Positions 16,337-26,177 are shown, counted from the stretch's first letter. The stretch: 41,433 nucleotides of DNA from an uncultured Candidatus Saccharibacteria bacterium (GCA_964389035.1 CAYMCH010000002.1:1-41433), one strand, 5' to 3'. Numbers and translations: made by a program. Notes: generated from the letters alone by a model not told the origin.

Positions 16337-17023
16337 TTAATTAAATTGTTTTAGTAATCTTAAATCACTGGCACGGAATAATCTTATATCATTAATTCCG
16401 TATTTAATCATAATGGGACGTTCTATACCCGGACCGAAAGCAAAACCGGAGTATTTATCTGGATCGATTCCCATATTTTTAATTACTGTTGGATGTACCA
16501 TGCCGGCTCCGCCAAGTTCGAACCATTTACCGTTAAACATTAATTCAAATTCTATGCTTGGTTCAGTAAATGGAAAATGATGTGGTCTAAAACGGACTTT
16601 TACATTTTTGCCGTATAATTTTTGGTAAAATTCATTCAATATCCAAAGAAGCTGTCCTAAGTTTACGCCTTTGTCTATATATAATCCCTCAAGTTGAATA
16701 AATGTAGTTTCGTGACCTGAATCAGTAGCTTCGTTGCGATAGCATACGCCCGGAACTACAGTTTTAATAGGAGGTTTTCTTTTTTCTCCATATCTAACTT
16801 GAGAATTTGAAGTTTGGGTTCGTAGTAAACGACCGTCTTTTAGCCAAAAAGTATCCTGCATGTCTCGAGAAGGATGACTAGATGGAACGTTTAGCGCGTC
16901 AAAATTGTACCATTCGGTATCAACCTCAGGTCCTTCGTATACATCGAAACCTAAAGATTCAAAAAATTTTATTGACTCTCTAAGTATTTGTGTTACTGGA
17001 TGAAGACTACCTTTATTTGTCAT
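16337..17023 (-). CDS. pheS: phenylalanyl-tRNA synthetase alpha subunit, catalytic core only
   Basis: 228 aa. HPVTQ..., SHPSRDMQDTFW, motif 2 (YRNEATDSGHETTFIQLEG), motif 3 (GFAFGPGIERPIM). The usual ~100-aa N-terminal coiled coil is absent. Confidence 0.92.
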   Translation of the reverse strand: MTNKGSLHPVTQILRESIKFFESLGFDVYEGPEVDTEWYNFDALNVPSSHPSRDMQDTFWLKDGRLLRTQTSNSQVRYGEKRKPPIKTVVPGVCYRNEATDSGHETTFIQLEGLYIDKGVNLGQLLWILNEFYQKLYGKNVKVRFRPHHFPFTEPSIEFELMFNGKWFELGGAGMVHPTVIKNMGIDPDKYSGFAFGPGIERPIMIKYGINDIRLFRASDLRLLKQFN

Positions 17024-17397
17024 AATAATTTCCTCTTAGTTTGAAAAAACAATTCTAACATAAGTATTGCTATTGTAAGCGGTACCCCTATCCAAATATC
17101 TAATAATTTTAATCCTTTTAACAACAAGACTATTGTTGTAGCAGTACTAATTATGCTTGCTTGTCTGATGCTTGGCCAAAAAAGCATATATACTGTTTCT
17201 TTTTTTAAAACTAATATTTTTGTATAGAAAATCGCAAATGAAAGGATTCCGCAAATTGATACAAATAATGAAATATAAAAAATTATATGCTGATAAAGCT
17301 GAGCAGTATAGGGGTTATAATTAAATACACTTAAAGCTGTAGATGTGGTAGCGATAAATGTTATCGAAAATAACATAAAAAGATTTTTCTTTAGCAT
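17020..17397 (-). CDS. small integral membrane protein (hypothetical)
   Basis: 125 aa with about four hydrophobic helices. 4-nt overlap with the pheS start. Confidence 0.5.
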   Translation of the reverse strand: MLKKNLFMLFSITFIATTSTALSVFNYNPYTAQLYQHIIFYISLFVSICGILSFAIFYTKILVLKKETVYMLFWPSIRQASIISTATTIVLLLKGLKLLDIWIGVPLTIAILMLELFFQTKRKLL

Positions 17398-17604
17398 ATA
17401 TGGATTATATCAAATCATAGCAGTCATATAAATATCATGAGCTAAAATAACAAATTTTATATAGAAATATCATTAAATTACAAATTAGTTTTTATAAATC
17501 TTACAATGTTTTTAACATGTTTAAATATTTTCATTATTAGCACTTAAAACCGTTAAAATTTTATAAAAATTTATAAATTTAGTTATTAAAGAAAAACTTA
17601 GTAT

Positions 17605-17967
17605 TTATTTCAATAATTTATCTATCTTTTGATAATTTGTTTCTGAATTGTCTAGAGTGAATCTTAGCTCGGGAATTTTTCTTAAGGCAACATTTTTTGC
17701 AAGTTTCATTCTAATAAATTTGGCTGAATTATTTAATTCTACGACAAAATTATTGTTATCTGATAATACACTAATAAACACAATGCAAATAGATAAATCT
17801 GTAGAAGTGTTTACTTCTGTAATAGAAAATATAGTATCCGGATATTTATCCTGAAGAAAATATGCTAAAAAATAATTTATACTGGAATTAATTTTTTCTA
17901 TGCCTTCATTCATAAACTTGTAGAAAAAAATCGTGTTGCCACGATTTTTGATTATCTCTTTGACCAC
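17605..17967 (-). CDS. rbfA: ribosome-binding factor A
   Basis: ITEVNTSTDLSICIVFISVL and KLAKNVALRKIPELRFTLDNS match the RbfA KH-like signature. The start is uncertain: GTG at 17967 or ATG at 17913. Confidence 0.7.
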   Translation of the reverse strand: MVKEIIKNRGNTIFFYKFMNEGIEKINSSINYFLAYFLQDKYPDTIFSITEVNTSTDLSICIVFISVLSDNNNFVVELNNSAKFIRMKLAKNVALRKIPELRFTLDNSETNYQKIDKLLK

Positions 17968-18326
17968 TGAGGAGCTCGTCTGGCCTTTTTTAAACCAGGT
18001 TTTTTTCTTTCTTTTTCTCTAGGATCTCTAGACAATAAACCAGATTTCTTGAGAGAAGATCTTAAATCTTCATTATATTCAACTAATGCTCTAGCAATAC
18101 CCAATCTTATAGCTTCTAATTGTGCAACCCAACCGCCACCAGAAACTTTAGCACTGATGCCAAAAAATGAACTTTTGCCAACGGCCTCTAATGGTTCTAT
18201 CACTGTTTTAGGTAGTTCGGTTGGCTTATCATTAACAATAATATTTTTATTATCACTGTAAAGCCTAACGCGTGCGACAGCCGTCTTTCTTCTTCCTGTT
18301 CCATAATAATATTTATTATTGCTCAT
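17952..18326 (-). CDS. rpsI: 30S ribosomal protein S9
   Basis: YYGTGRRKTAVARVRL and the C-terminal RDPREKERKKPGLKKARRAPQWSKR. Start placed at the ATG at 18326, just after the rplM stop. The track ORF extends to 18392. Confidence 0.93.
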   Translation of the reverse strand: MSNNKYYYGTGRRKTAVARVRLYSDNKNIIVNDKPTELPKTVIEPLEAVGKSSFFGISAKVSGGGWVAQLEAIRLGIARALVEYNEDLRSSLKKSGLLSRDPREKERKKPGLKKARRAPQWSKR

Positions 18327-18327
18327 A

Positions 18328-18735
18328 TTATTCCTCAAATTTAACATTAACGTGTGGATGCTTGTTGTCTGAGTAAACTTTGAGACGTGCAATTCTGTTA
18401 TCTCTGAGTTTATTTTTAGGAAGCATACCCGCGATAGATTTTTTTATTTGATCAACAGGTGACTTCAACATTGATTCTGAAAGTGAATATTCTTTCATAT
18501 TACCAATATAGCCTGTATGTTTGTAATACATTTTTTGATCAAGTTTTCTTCCAGTAAATTCGACTTTCGATGCGTTGATTAATACTACATAATCACCTTG
18601 GTCGAAATTCGGCAAATATTCTGCTTTTCCTTTGCCTATTAGTAGATTTGCTACATGACTAAGTTCACGACCAAATATTTTACCATCGAGATCGATCAAA
18701 TACCACTTTCTTTCATTATTTTTAATCTGTGTCAT
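18328..18735 (-). CDS. rplM: 50S ribosomal protein L13
   Basis: KWYLIDLDGKIFGRELSHVANLL...YKHTGYIGN...MLPKNKL pattern. Confidence 0.93.
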   Translation of the reverse strand: MTQIKNNERKWYLIDLDGKIFGRELSHVANLLIGKGKAEYLPNFDQGDYVVLINASKVEFTGRKLDQKMYYKHTGYIGNMKEYSLSESMLKSPVDQIKKSIAGMLPKNKLRDNRIARLKVYSDNKHPHVNVKFEE

Positions 18736-18740
18736 AATTA

Positions 18741-19169
18741 TTATTTTTTAGTTGATTTTTCGTTGTCTTTTTCGTTTTTAGTATTATTCTTGGGTTTTTG
18801 GGTAAAGATATTATTTTCGTTTACATATACTTTTTTGTCAATAAGTTCTAAAATCGCTTTTGGTGCTGAATCGCCAACACGATAACCGTTTTTGTAAATC
18901 TTGATAAAACCTGAGTTTTTCTTAGCATATCGTGGAAGAAGCTCTTTAATTGTTTTTTGAGTTGCTTTGGTATCAAAAAAAATGGAGTCTAAATATCTAA
19001 CAGTATTTAAATCTGTATTTCTGGCTCTAGAAAGTACGGTGTCTACAAAAGTTTTAACTTCCTTGGCTTTGGACAACGTGGTTTCGATAGATTCGTACAA
19101 TATCAAAGAAGTCGCAAGGTTTCTAATCAAACTTTTTCGGTGTGAATTTTTTCTACTCAGCTTTCTCAT
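18741..19169 (-). CDS. rplQ: 50S ribosomal protein L17
   Basis: RKLSRKNSHRKSLIRNLATSLILYESIETTLSKAKE, with a Lys/Asn-rich C-terminal tail. Confidence 0.92.
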   Translation of the reverse strand: MRKLSRKNSHRKSLIRNLATSLILYESIETTLSKAKEVKTFVDTVLSRARNTDLNTVRYLDSIFFDTKATQKTIKELLPRYAKKNSGFIKIYKNGYRVGDSAPKAILELIDKKVYVNENNIFTQKPKNNTKNEKDNEKSTKK

Positions 19170-20115
19170 CTTGACCTATCAATTCTTTAATTTCTTCAAT
19201 TCCTTTTTTACCTAGACCCTTGATTTCTGACAATTTTAAATCTGATAATCTATATAATCCAGCAAGAGTTTTTACTCCAGAGCTAATCAATGCATTAGTA
19301 GTTCTGGGAGATAAACCAGCATCTTCAATTTTTGTTTTGGGATCTATTTCATCATTAATATCTTCTGAGTCATCAACGGTTAGGTTTTCGTTCTCTTCAT
19401 CATATTTTATATATTCTTCAACCATAATTTCTTTGGGTTCTTCATTGAAAGCAAAAACTTTATAATGTTCAATCAATATATTAGATGCATCTATCATACA
19501 TTCTCGAGGAGAAATGCTACCGTTAGTAGTAATTTCTAAAATTAGCTTATCGTAATTAGTCATTTGACCAACACGAGTATTTTCTACTTCAACCTTGACT
19601 CTTTCAACAGGAGAAAAAGCTGCGTCAACAAGAATTCTACCTAATTCTGTATCAGCTAAAACATTATCAGTCGATCTAAATCCGCGATCTTTTTCGATTG
19701 TTACTTCAAGTTCAAACTCTGCATTTTTATCTAAGGTAGCGATTGGAGAGTCTGGATTCATAATTTCAATATCGCTATTTTTAGAAAAATCTCCAGCTAC
19801 TACTTGACCAGCATTGTTTGCAGATAACGTTAATCTAACTGGTTCCCATGTGTAGGATAAAAATTGTACAGTCTTAAGATTTAACATTATCTCTACCATA
19901 TCTTCTTTGACATGTGGTATCGAAGTAAATTCATGAGGTACATTTTCGATTTTAAATGAAGTTATAGCTGCTCCAGGTATAGAAGATAAAAGAACTCTTC
20001 TTAAAGAATTACCTAAAGTGTGACCATAACCTGGAAATAGCGGTTCAATAATAATACGAGAGGTTTTCTCGTCTATTTTTTCTTCTTTTATCATTGGAAG
20101 ACTAATTTTTTCCAT
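19153..20115 (-). CDS. rpoA: DNA-directed RNA polymerase alpha subunit
   Basis: IIEPLFPGYGHTLGNSLRRVLLSSIPG N-terminal domain and a C-terminal HhH domain (LSPRTTNALISSGVKTLAGL). Confidence 0.95.
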   Translation of the reverse strand: MEKISLPMIKEEKIDEKTSRIIIEPLFPGYGHTLGNSLRRVLLSSIPGAAITSFKIENVPHEFTSIPHVKEDMVEIMLNLKTVQFLSYTWEPVRLTLSANNAGQVVAGDFSKNSDIEIMNPDSPIATLDKNAEFELEVTIEKDRGFRSTDNVLADTELGRILVDAAFSPVERVKVEVENTRVGQMTNYDKLILEITTNGSISPRECMIDASNILIEHYKVFAFNEEPKEIMVEEYIKYDEENENLTVDDSEDINDEIDPKTKIEDAGLSPRTTNALISSGVKTLAGLYRLSDLKLSEIKGLGKKGIEEIKELIGQDEKAE

Positions 20116-20142
20116 TATTCTCCTTCGTTCCTATTCTAGAAT

Positions 20143-20733
20143 TTATCGTGAATAAAATTCAACAACTAATTTTTCATTTATATTTAAATCAATTTCTTCT
20201 CTGGTGGGTATGTGTGAGTATTCAAATCGCTTTTTTTTGTCGTCTTTTTTGATCCATGCTGAAGTATTGATCTTGCCAAAATCGATTGCGACGTTTTTAT
20301 CAAAGCTAATTGTTTGCCCCATTTTTACTTGTGCTGAAGGAGATGATAATTTTTTACCATCAACATAAGTGTGATTGTGAGATACTATTTGTCTCGCATT
20401 GCTTCTGGATATGCCTACTCCTGATCTATAAACAAGATTATCTATTCTTGATTCCAAAAGTTGTAAAAGAATTTCTGAAGTATTACCTGTCGATTTGTCT
20501 GCAAGATTGTAAATATTTTTAAGATCGCTTTCAGAAATACCGTAAATTCTTTTTATCTTTTGTTTTTCTCGTAATTGTCTGCCATATTCAGATAATTTAG
20601 AGTGACTGCTTGGACCATGTTGACCTGGAGTATACGGTCTTCTTGTCATAGCGCATTTAGCACTAAAACAACGCTCGCCCTTAAGCATTAATTTGTCACC
20701 CTCTCTTCTACATTTTTTACAAGCTTTAATCAT
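20143..20733 (-). CDS. rpsD: 30S ribosomal protein S4
   Basis: N-terminal CKKCRREG...C zinc-type S4 region, YGRQLREKQKIKRIYG, and an S4 RNA-binding domain. Confidence 0.93.
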   Translation of the reverse strand: MIKACKKCRREGDKLMLKGERCFSAKCAMTRRPYTPGQHGPSSHSKLSEYGRQLREKQKIKRIYGISESDLKNIYNLADKSTGNTSEILLQLLESRIDNLVYRSGVGISRSNARQIVSHNHTYVDGKKLSSPSAQVKMGQTISFDKNVAIDFGKINTSAWIKKDDKKKRFEYSHIPTREEIDLNINEKLVVEFYSR

Positions 20734-20769
20734 TGTTTATTCTTATTTAAATATCTATTCAATAAAATG

Positions 20770-21177
20770 TTATATTCTTCTGGATTTCTTAGGTCTGCAA
20801 CCATTGTGTGGAATTGGAGTCATGTCTTTGATGCAATCAATATCAACACCAGTATTAGTAAGGGCTCTTACGGCTGATTCTCTGCCGGCACCAACACCAC
20901 TTACAAAAACCTGAACTTTTTTCAAGCCAAATGATTTAGCTTTTTCTAATGCGCTGGTTGATGTCATTTGGGCTGCGTAAGGTGTAGATTTTTTAGTTCC
21001 CTTAAAACCCAAAGTACCTGCTGATGCCCAAGAAATTACATTACCACTATCATCTGTGACCGTAACAATTGAATTGTTGAAAGAAGATTGAATAAAAACT
21101 TTACCCGAAAATACTGAACGTTTAATTTTCTTTTTAGTTACAGATTTACTGTTTTTTTTAGATAGTGTTTTGGCCAT
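20770..21177 (-). CDS. rpsK: 30S ribosomal protein S11
   Basis: [37 protein letters not shown]...[15 protein letters not shown]. Confidence 0.95.
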   Translation of the reverse strand: MAKTLSKKNSKSVTKKKIKRSVFSGKVFIQSSFNNSIVTVTDDSGNVISWASAGTLGFKGTKKSTPYAAQMTSTSALEKAKSFGLKKVQVFVSGVGAGRESAVRALTNTGVDIDCIKDMTPIPHNGCRPKKSRRI

Positions 21178-21198
21178 ATTTTAACTTTATATTAAATG

Positions 21199-21582
21199 TT
21201 ATTTTTTAGTAATTGCAATTCTTCCTGATCCAACTGCGGTTTTTTTCCCTCTTTTGGTACGTGAGTTGGTTTTGGTTCTTTGACCACGTACAGGCAAGCC
21301 CTTGATATGTCTTAAACCACGGTAACAATTGATCTCTTTGAGTCTTTTAATATTTTGAGAATTTTCTAATCTTAGATCACCTTCAACTTTATAATCATTA
21401 TTGATAACTTTTCTAATTTTTTCAATTTCTGTTTCATTTAGATCTTTTACTCTGGCATCACTATCAATTCCTGACTTTTTTACAATTGATTCACTAGTAT
21501 GAACACCTATACCATAAATATAAGTCAAAGCATATGAAATCTTTTTGTCATTGGGTATATTGATGCCTGCTATTCTTGCCAT
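21199..21582 (-). CDS. rpsM: 30S ribosomal protein S13
   Basis: [26 protein letters not shown]...[23 protein letters not shown]. Confidence 0.95.
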   Translation of the reverse strand: MARIAGINIPNDKKISYALTYIYGIGVHTSESIVKKSGIDSDARVKDLNETEIEKIRKVINNDYKVEGDLRLENSQNIKRLKEINCYRGLRHIKGLPVRGQRTKTNSRTKRGKKTAVGSGRIAITKK

Positions 21583-21612
21583 ATAATTCCAAATTAAAAA
21601 TTAAAATAATTA

Positions 21613-21759
21613 TTATCCTTGTCTCTGCTTGTGTTTTGGATTGCTACAAATTATAAATACACGCTTCTTGGAGCTATTTCTTTTAGCTTTTCCTTTTTTG
21701 CTTCGCGAAACTACTTTACATTTATCACAAATTTTTTTAACTGAAGCGCTAACTTTCAT
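21613..21759 (-). CDS. rpmJ: 50S ribosomal protein L36 (with internal insertion)
   Basis: Not in the ORF track because it is under 60 aa. My translation is [48 protein letters not shown] (48 aa). The L36 ends (MKV.ASVKKIC.KCK and [12 protein letters not shown]) are canonical. Lies between infA and rpsM as expected. Confidence 0.85.
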   Translation of the reverse strand: MKVSASVKKICDKCKVVSRSKKGKAKRNSSKKRVFIICSNPKHKQRQG

Positions 21760-21761
21760 AA

Positions 21762-21998
21762 TTATTTTCTATAAATTATTCTTCCTTTTGATAAATCATA
21801 TGGAGATATTTTCACGACAACTTTATCTCCGGGTAATATAGAAATTCGGTGCATACGCATCTTGCCACCTAACATAGCTTTAATTTTGTGTCCATTATTA
21901 AGCTCGACACTAAAAAGAGTATTCGGAAGCGACTCTAATACCACTCCTTCTAATTCTATGGTGTCTTTTTCGTTCATATTACTCATATAAAATAGCAT
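21762..21998 (-). CDS. infA: translation initiation factor IF-1
   Basis: S1-like domain: [64 protein letters not shown]. The true start is probably an internal Met a few codons in. Confidence 0.93.
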   Translation of the reverse strand: MLFYMSNMNEKDTIELEGVVLESLPNTLFSVELNNGHKIKAMLGGKMRMHRISILPGDKVVVKISPYDLSKGRIIYRK

Positions 21999-22023
21999 AC
22001 TTTACTATAATAGTCAATAACTT

Positions 22024-22785
22024 TTAAGAGGTTACTATTAAAGGATTTTTATTAGTAATTAATATGGTGTGTTCAAAATGAGCTGATCTGCTTCCATCTA
22101 AAGTTTTGATTGTCCAACCGTCTTTTTCTACAATAACTTCGCTACTTCCGATATTAACCATAGGTTCAATAGCTATAGCAATGTTACTATCTAAACGAAA
22201 ACCTTTTTTAGGGAAACCATAGTTTGGAACTTGTGGGTCTTGATGTGGTTTGCGTCCTATGCCATGTCCGACTAATGCTTTTACTATGCTGAATCCATTG
22301 TTTTCAACAAAATTTAGAATTTCATATCCAATATCCCCCGTATAGTTTCCTTTAATAGCTTTTTTAATACCTTTTTCTAATGATTCAGCAGTAACTTTTA
22401 ATAGTTTTAAGTCCTCTGGAGATTTAGCTTTTCCTGCAACAACTGTTTTTGCCATATCGGTAAAAATCCCTTTATAACCAGCACCAATATCAATAGACAC
22501 CAAATCTCCTTCCTGTAAAACTTTCGATTTCAACGGAAGACCATGAACTATTTCATTGTTTATTGATAAACAAATAGTGGACGGAAAAGGATTATCTTTG
22601 TCGCCGTAATTTAAAAATGCAGGAACACCTCCTCGTCTACGAATAGACTCTTCGGCAATTCTATCTAATGTGTCTCCTGTGATACCTGGTTTGACAGACC
22701 TAATTACTTCATCTAAAGATTTTGAAAGAATTTTACCGCTTATTTTAAGTAGTTCAATTTCTTGGTCGTTTAAGGTAATATTCAT
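22024..22785 (-). CDS. map: type I methionine aminopeptidase
   Basis: 253 aa. Pita-bread fold metal ligands in the order expected for MetAP: VHG, D(L)VSIDIG, HGIG, IAIEPM, FEHT. Confidence 0.93.
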   Translation of the reverse strand: MNITLNDQEIELLKISGKILSKSLDEVIRSVKPGITGDTLDRIAEESIRRRGGVPAFLNYGDKDNPFPSTICLSINNEIVHGLPLKSKVLQEGDLVSIDIGAGYKGIFTDMAKTVVAGKAKSPEDLKLLKVTAESLEKGIKKAIKGNYTGDIGYEILNFVENNGFSIVKALVGHGIGRKPHQDPQVPNYGFPKKGFRLDSNIAIAIEPMVNIGSSEVIVEKDGWTIKTLDGSRSAHFEHTILITNKNPLIVTS

Positions 22786-23444
22786 TTGATTTTGCCTAAT
22801 ATTAATTGAGTTACTTCTTCTATGCTTCCACTACCATCTATCTCGTAAACGAGTCCCTTTGCTTCAAAAAAAGATTTAACTTCAGAAATTCTAGGCAGAT
22901 AATTTTTTATGCGCTCTTTAACTGTATCTTCGTTATCATCAGCTCTTGAAATCATTGCGCCACCACATTTATCACAAATATTTTCTCCCATATCAGCAGT
23001 AATATGACCGCAATCGGCACAAACTTTTCGGTAAACAACCCTGTGAATAGATTCTTCTGGTGTAATATTAATTATAATAAGTTTCGGATAATTTACACCT
23101 AATTCTTCACAAATATCAAAAAAAAGATTTGCCTGATTTTTAGAAAAAGGAAAGTTATCAAAAATAATATTCCCAAATGATGAAGTTAGGCGTTTTTTAA
23201 CAATATCTATTGCAACGTTATCTGGTTGTGGAATACCTTGATCATAAAGACGTTTTATCTCTAAATAGAAAGGATCATTTAAATCAGCAGTTTCTAACTC
23301 TTTGCGAATTTCATTACCCATAGAGACAACAGTCGCATCTAAAGATTTAGAAAAGATGTCAATTTGGGTTCCTTTACCGCATCCGGGTAAACCCAAAAAA
23401 CAATAAATATTTATTGTTTTTTTAGAATTATCAATATTTGTCAT
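22782..23444 (-). CDS. adk: adenylate kinase (zinc-lid type)
   Basis: P-loop GLPGCGKGTQ and lid CADCGH...CDKCGG. Position between secY and map is conserved. Confidence 0.9.
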   Translation of the reverse strand: MTNIDNSKKTINIYCFLGLPGCGKGTQIDIFSKSLDATVVSMGNEIRKELETADLNDPFYLEIKRLYDQGIPQPDNVAIDIVKKRLTSSFGNIIFDNFPFSKNQANLFFDICEELGVNYPKLIIINITPEESIHRVVYRKVCADCGHITADMGENICDKCGGAMISRADDNEDTVKERIKNYLPRISEVKSFFEAKGLVYEIDGSGSIEEVTQLILGKIK

Positions 23445-24705
23445 ATGTGTGCATTACTAATTGAGCGTTAATTTGTCGCATTGTTTCTATTACAACAGAA
23501 ACCATAATTAATATACCAGTACCTCCAAGCACAAGAGTGTTAATGTTGGTCGCAGCTTGAACGATATACGGTAGTACTCCTATTATAGCAAGAAATAATC
23601 CACCGACAAAAGTGATTCTTGTAACAACTTTATATAAGTATTCTTTTGTTTCGGTGCCTGGTCTTAATCCAGGGATAAAACCTCCTTGTTTTTGCAAATT
23701 TTCAGAAATTTGATCTGGTTTAAAAACAATATTGGTGTAAAAATAGGTGAAAGCAAATATTAAAACGCAATATAAAGAAGCATAAAACGTATCATTTGTA
23801 AAAAGGGTACTAGTAAATTTGGCAGAGTTTTTGATCCAAATAGTTTGAGCATTTTCTAAATATTTTGCCAGCATACCAGGTACAGTCATAATAGACATAG
23901 CAAAAATAATTGGAATAACTCCAGAGATATTAACTCTAATTGGTAAATGTGAATCAATATTTCCATAACTCTTATTGTTTGAAGTGCGACGAGCATAAGA
24001 TACAGGAACATTTCTCTGACCTTCTGTGATATAAATTACTGCGGCAATAGTAATTAAAAAGATTATAGCAAAGGCCATGACCCCAAATATTTTTGAAGTA
24101 TCGCCAGCTGTTACTAATGATATAGTATTTTTTATCTGATCAGGGAAACTAGCTAAAATACCAAGAGAAATAATTAAAGAAATTCCGTTACCAATACCTT
24201 TTTCAGTAATTAGTTCACCAATCCACATTAGTAAAATGGTCCCAGCAGTTGCCGAAATTAGCATTACAGAAAGATCAAATACGTTCCATGTAGGAATAAT
24301 CCCTTGACTTTTTAAAAGAGAAAACATACTAAATGCTTGAATAATGGCAAGCGGAATAGTGGTAATACGTGTATATTGATTTAATTTGTGTCTGCCTGTT
24401 TCGCCCTCTTTTTGTAACTGTTCAAAATATGGAATAACCATGGCTAACAGTTGAAAGATAATCGATGAAGTAATATACGGACCGACTCCCATAAGAATGA
24501 TTGAAAAATTACTCATTGTGCCACCAGAAAACATGTTTAACATACCAAATATTTGGTTTTGACTAAAAAATACTCTCAATCGTTCACTATCTACGCCAGG
24601 AAGAGGAATATGAGCTAAAACTCGAGTTAGAATAAGCAACATTGTAGCTATAAGGATCTTATCTCGCATATCTTTATAGCGCCATATTTTTCGTAAGGTG
24701 GACAT
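23431..24705 (-). CDS. secY: preprotein translocase subunit SecY
   Basis: 424 aa with about 10 TM segments. SecY-typical segments include ILFTLLLL-like ILIATMLLILTRVLAHIPLPGV, GISLII, and GGFIPGLRPG. Confidence 0.95.
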   Translation of the reverse strand: MSTLRKIWRYKDMRDKILIATMLLILTRVLAHIPLPGVDSERLRVFFSQNQIFGMLNMFSGGTMSNFSIILMGVGPYITSSIIFQLLAMVIPYFEQLQKEGETGRHKLNQYTRITTIPLAIIQAFSMFSLLKSQGIIPTWNVFDLSVMLISATAGTILLMWIGELITEKGIGNGISLIISLGILASFPDQIKNTISLVTAGDTSKIFGVMAFAIIFLITIAAVIYITEGQRNVPVSYARRTSNNKSYGNIDSHLPIRVNISGVIPIIFAMSIMTVPGMLAKYLENAQTIWIKNSAKFTSTLFTNDTFYASLYCVLIFAFTYFYTNIVFKPDQISENLQKQGGFIPGLRPGTETKEYLYKVVTRITFVGGLFLAIIGVLPYIVQAATNINTLVLGGTGILIMVSVVIETMRQINAQLVMHTYDKY

Positions 24706-24730
24706 AATTTCCTAATAATTATTTGCTGTT

Positions 24731-25189
24731 CTAAGCTTCATTCTTTGAAATAGGTGTCTTTTTGGTTTCTTTATTTTTGTCGATAGCTTTTTGGGCACTT
24801 TTAGAGATCTTGATGTCTTCAATTTTGAGATAAAAATTAATAATGCCGTTAGATAATATTTTTGCTATTTCGTTTTGTTTGATTAATCCAGCGTCAATAA
24901 GAGATTGGTTGTTAATTGTATCTCCAGCTTTAAATTTTATTGAAAGATCATTTAAAGAAATAGCTTTGCAACTATTTTTATTTGACTTAAAACCTTTAAT
25001 CTTTGGCAATCTCAAAGACAAATTAGATTGTCCACCCTCGAATTGCTTTGGAATATTGTGACCAGCACGTGATTTTTGCCCTTTAGTGCCTCTGCCTGCA
25101 GTTTTGCCCCGACCTGCTGATATACCTCTGCCTGGTCTAATTTTATTCTTTTTTATGGGAGTTGATAATTTCATTTCTGATTTATTCAT
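24731..25189 (-). CDS. rplO: 50S ribosomal protein L15
   Basis: RPGRGISAGRGKTAGRGTKGQKSRAG...FEGGQSNLSLRLPK. Confidence 0.93.
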   Translation of the reverse strand: MNKSEMKLSTPIKKNKIRPGRGISAGRGKTAGRGTKGQKSRAGHNIPKQFEGGQSNLSLRLPKIKGFKSNKNSCKAISLNDLSIKFKAGDTINNQSLIDAGLIKQNEIAKILSNGIINFYLKIEDIKISKSAQKAIDKNKETKKTPISKNEA

Positions 25190-25205
25190 CTTTACCTACA
25201 ATCTA

Positions 25206-25838
25206 TTATTTTGTATTAACATTATTAGCTGTTTTGCTTTCTTTCTTTTTGAGATTTTTGGCAACATTTTTGGTTTCAATGTTATGGTCATCTTTTGCCA
25301 AAGAAGTAGTTTCTGGTGTTTTGGAGTATTTTCCAAGTTCTTTTACAATTCTTTCATTGAAAGAAGTTAATGCGGAAATTGTAGCTGCAATGTTGTTGAT
25401 TTTATTTCTACTGCCTAAAGATTTGGCTAGTAAGTCGGATATTCCTGCTAATTCTGCTACAACCCTTACTGAACCACCTGCGACAATGGATGTTCCGCTA
25501 GATGAGGGTTTTAAAAGAACTTTAGCAGCACCATATTGACCGATTACTTCATGAGGAATCGTACCGTTAATAATAGGTACGGATATCAATTTTTTACGTG
25601 CTTGGCTTGCAGCTTTAGCGACAGCTTGAGACACTTCATTGGATTTACCAAGTCCCATGCCTACTTTACCATTTTTGTCACCTACAACAATTAAAGCGCG
25701 AAATCTGATTCTCCGACCGCCTTTAACAGTACGTGAAACTCTGCTGACCTCAATAACTTTTTCTTCAAAAGAATCTTTTGGACCTCTTTCGGAAAACTTT
25801 TTGCGTGGTTTCATGATATTTTTTTCAAGTGGTGTCAT
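25206..25838 (-). CDS. rpsE: 30S ribosomal protein S5 (with C-terminal extension)
   Basis: VIEVSRVSRTVKGGRRIRFRALIVVGDKNGKVGMGLGKSNEV...GTSIVAGGSVRVVAELAGI, followed by a ~50-aa Lys-rich tail. Confidence 0.94.
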   Translation of the reverse strand: MTPLEKNIMKPRKKFSERGPKDSFEEKVIEVSRVSRTVKGGRRIRFRALIVVGDKNGKVGMGLGKSNEVSQAVAKAASQARKKLISVPIINGTIPHEVIGQYGAAKVLLKPSSSGTSIVAGGSVRVVAELAGISDLLAKSLGSRNKINNIAATISALTSFNERIVKELGKYSKTPETTSLAKDDHNIETKNVAKNLKKKESKTANNVNTK

Positions 25839-25846
25839 ATAGATCC

Positions 25847-26176
25847 TTAAAATTTAAGACCAGCGTTTCTAGCTCCATCAGCTAAAGCTTTAACTCGGCC
25901 ATGATATTTATACGAATTTCTATCAAAAATTACTTTATTAATTTTAAGATCCTTAGCTTTAGATGCAATTAATTTACCTGTTTCGGAAGCCTTATCAACA
26001 GGGCATAATTTTTTAGATATGGAATTAGAGGATACTGATGTCAAAACAATGCCCCTTGTATCATCAATTAGCATAGCATATATTTGACAATTTGATCTAA
26101 AAACTGTCAAACGAATAAGTTTAGAATTTTTAGTATTAGTTGTTATAACTTTTCTTCTGTTAGAATTATTGTTCAT
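25847..26176 (-). CDS. rplR: 50S ribosomal protein L18
   Basis: LTVFRSNCQIYAMLIDD...FDRNSYKYHGRVKALADGARNAGLKF. Start placed at the ATG at 26176, just after the rplF stop. The track ORF extends to 26230. Confidence 0.92.
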   Translation of the reverse strand: MNNNSNRRKVITTNTKNSKLIRLTVFRSNCQIYAMLIDDTRGIVLTSVSSNSISKKLCPVDKASETGKLIASKAKDLKINKVIFDRNSYKYHGRVKALADGARNAGLKF

Positions 26177-26177
26177 A

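Noticed and set aside
17398-17604. The 207-bp AT-rich gap between rbfA and the small membrane protein gene, checked for RNA genes and repeats. The whole window was also scanned for CRISPR-like arrays.
   Set aside because: The gap is extremely AT-rich with no stable stems or repeats. No regularly spaced direct repeats occur anywhere in the window.
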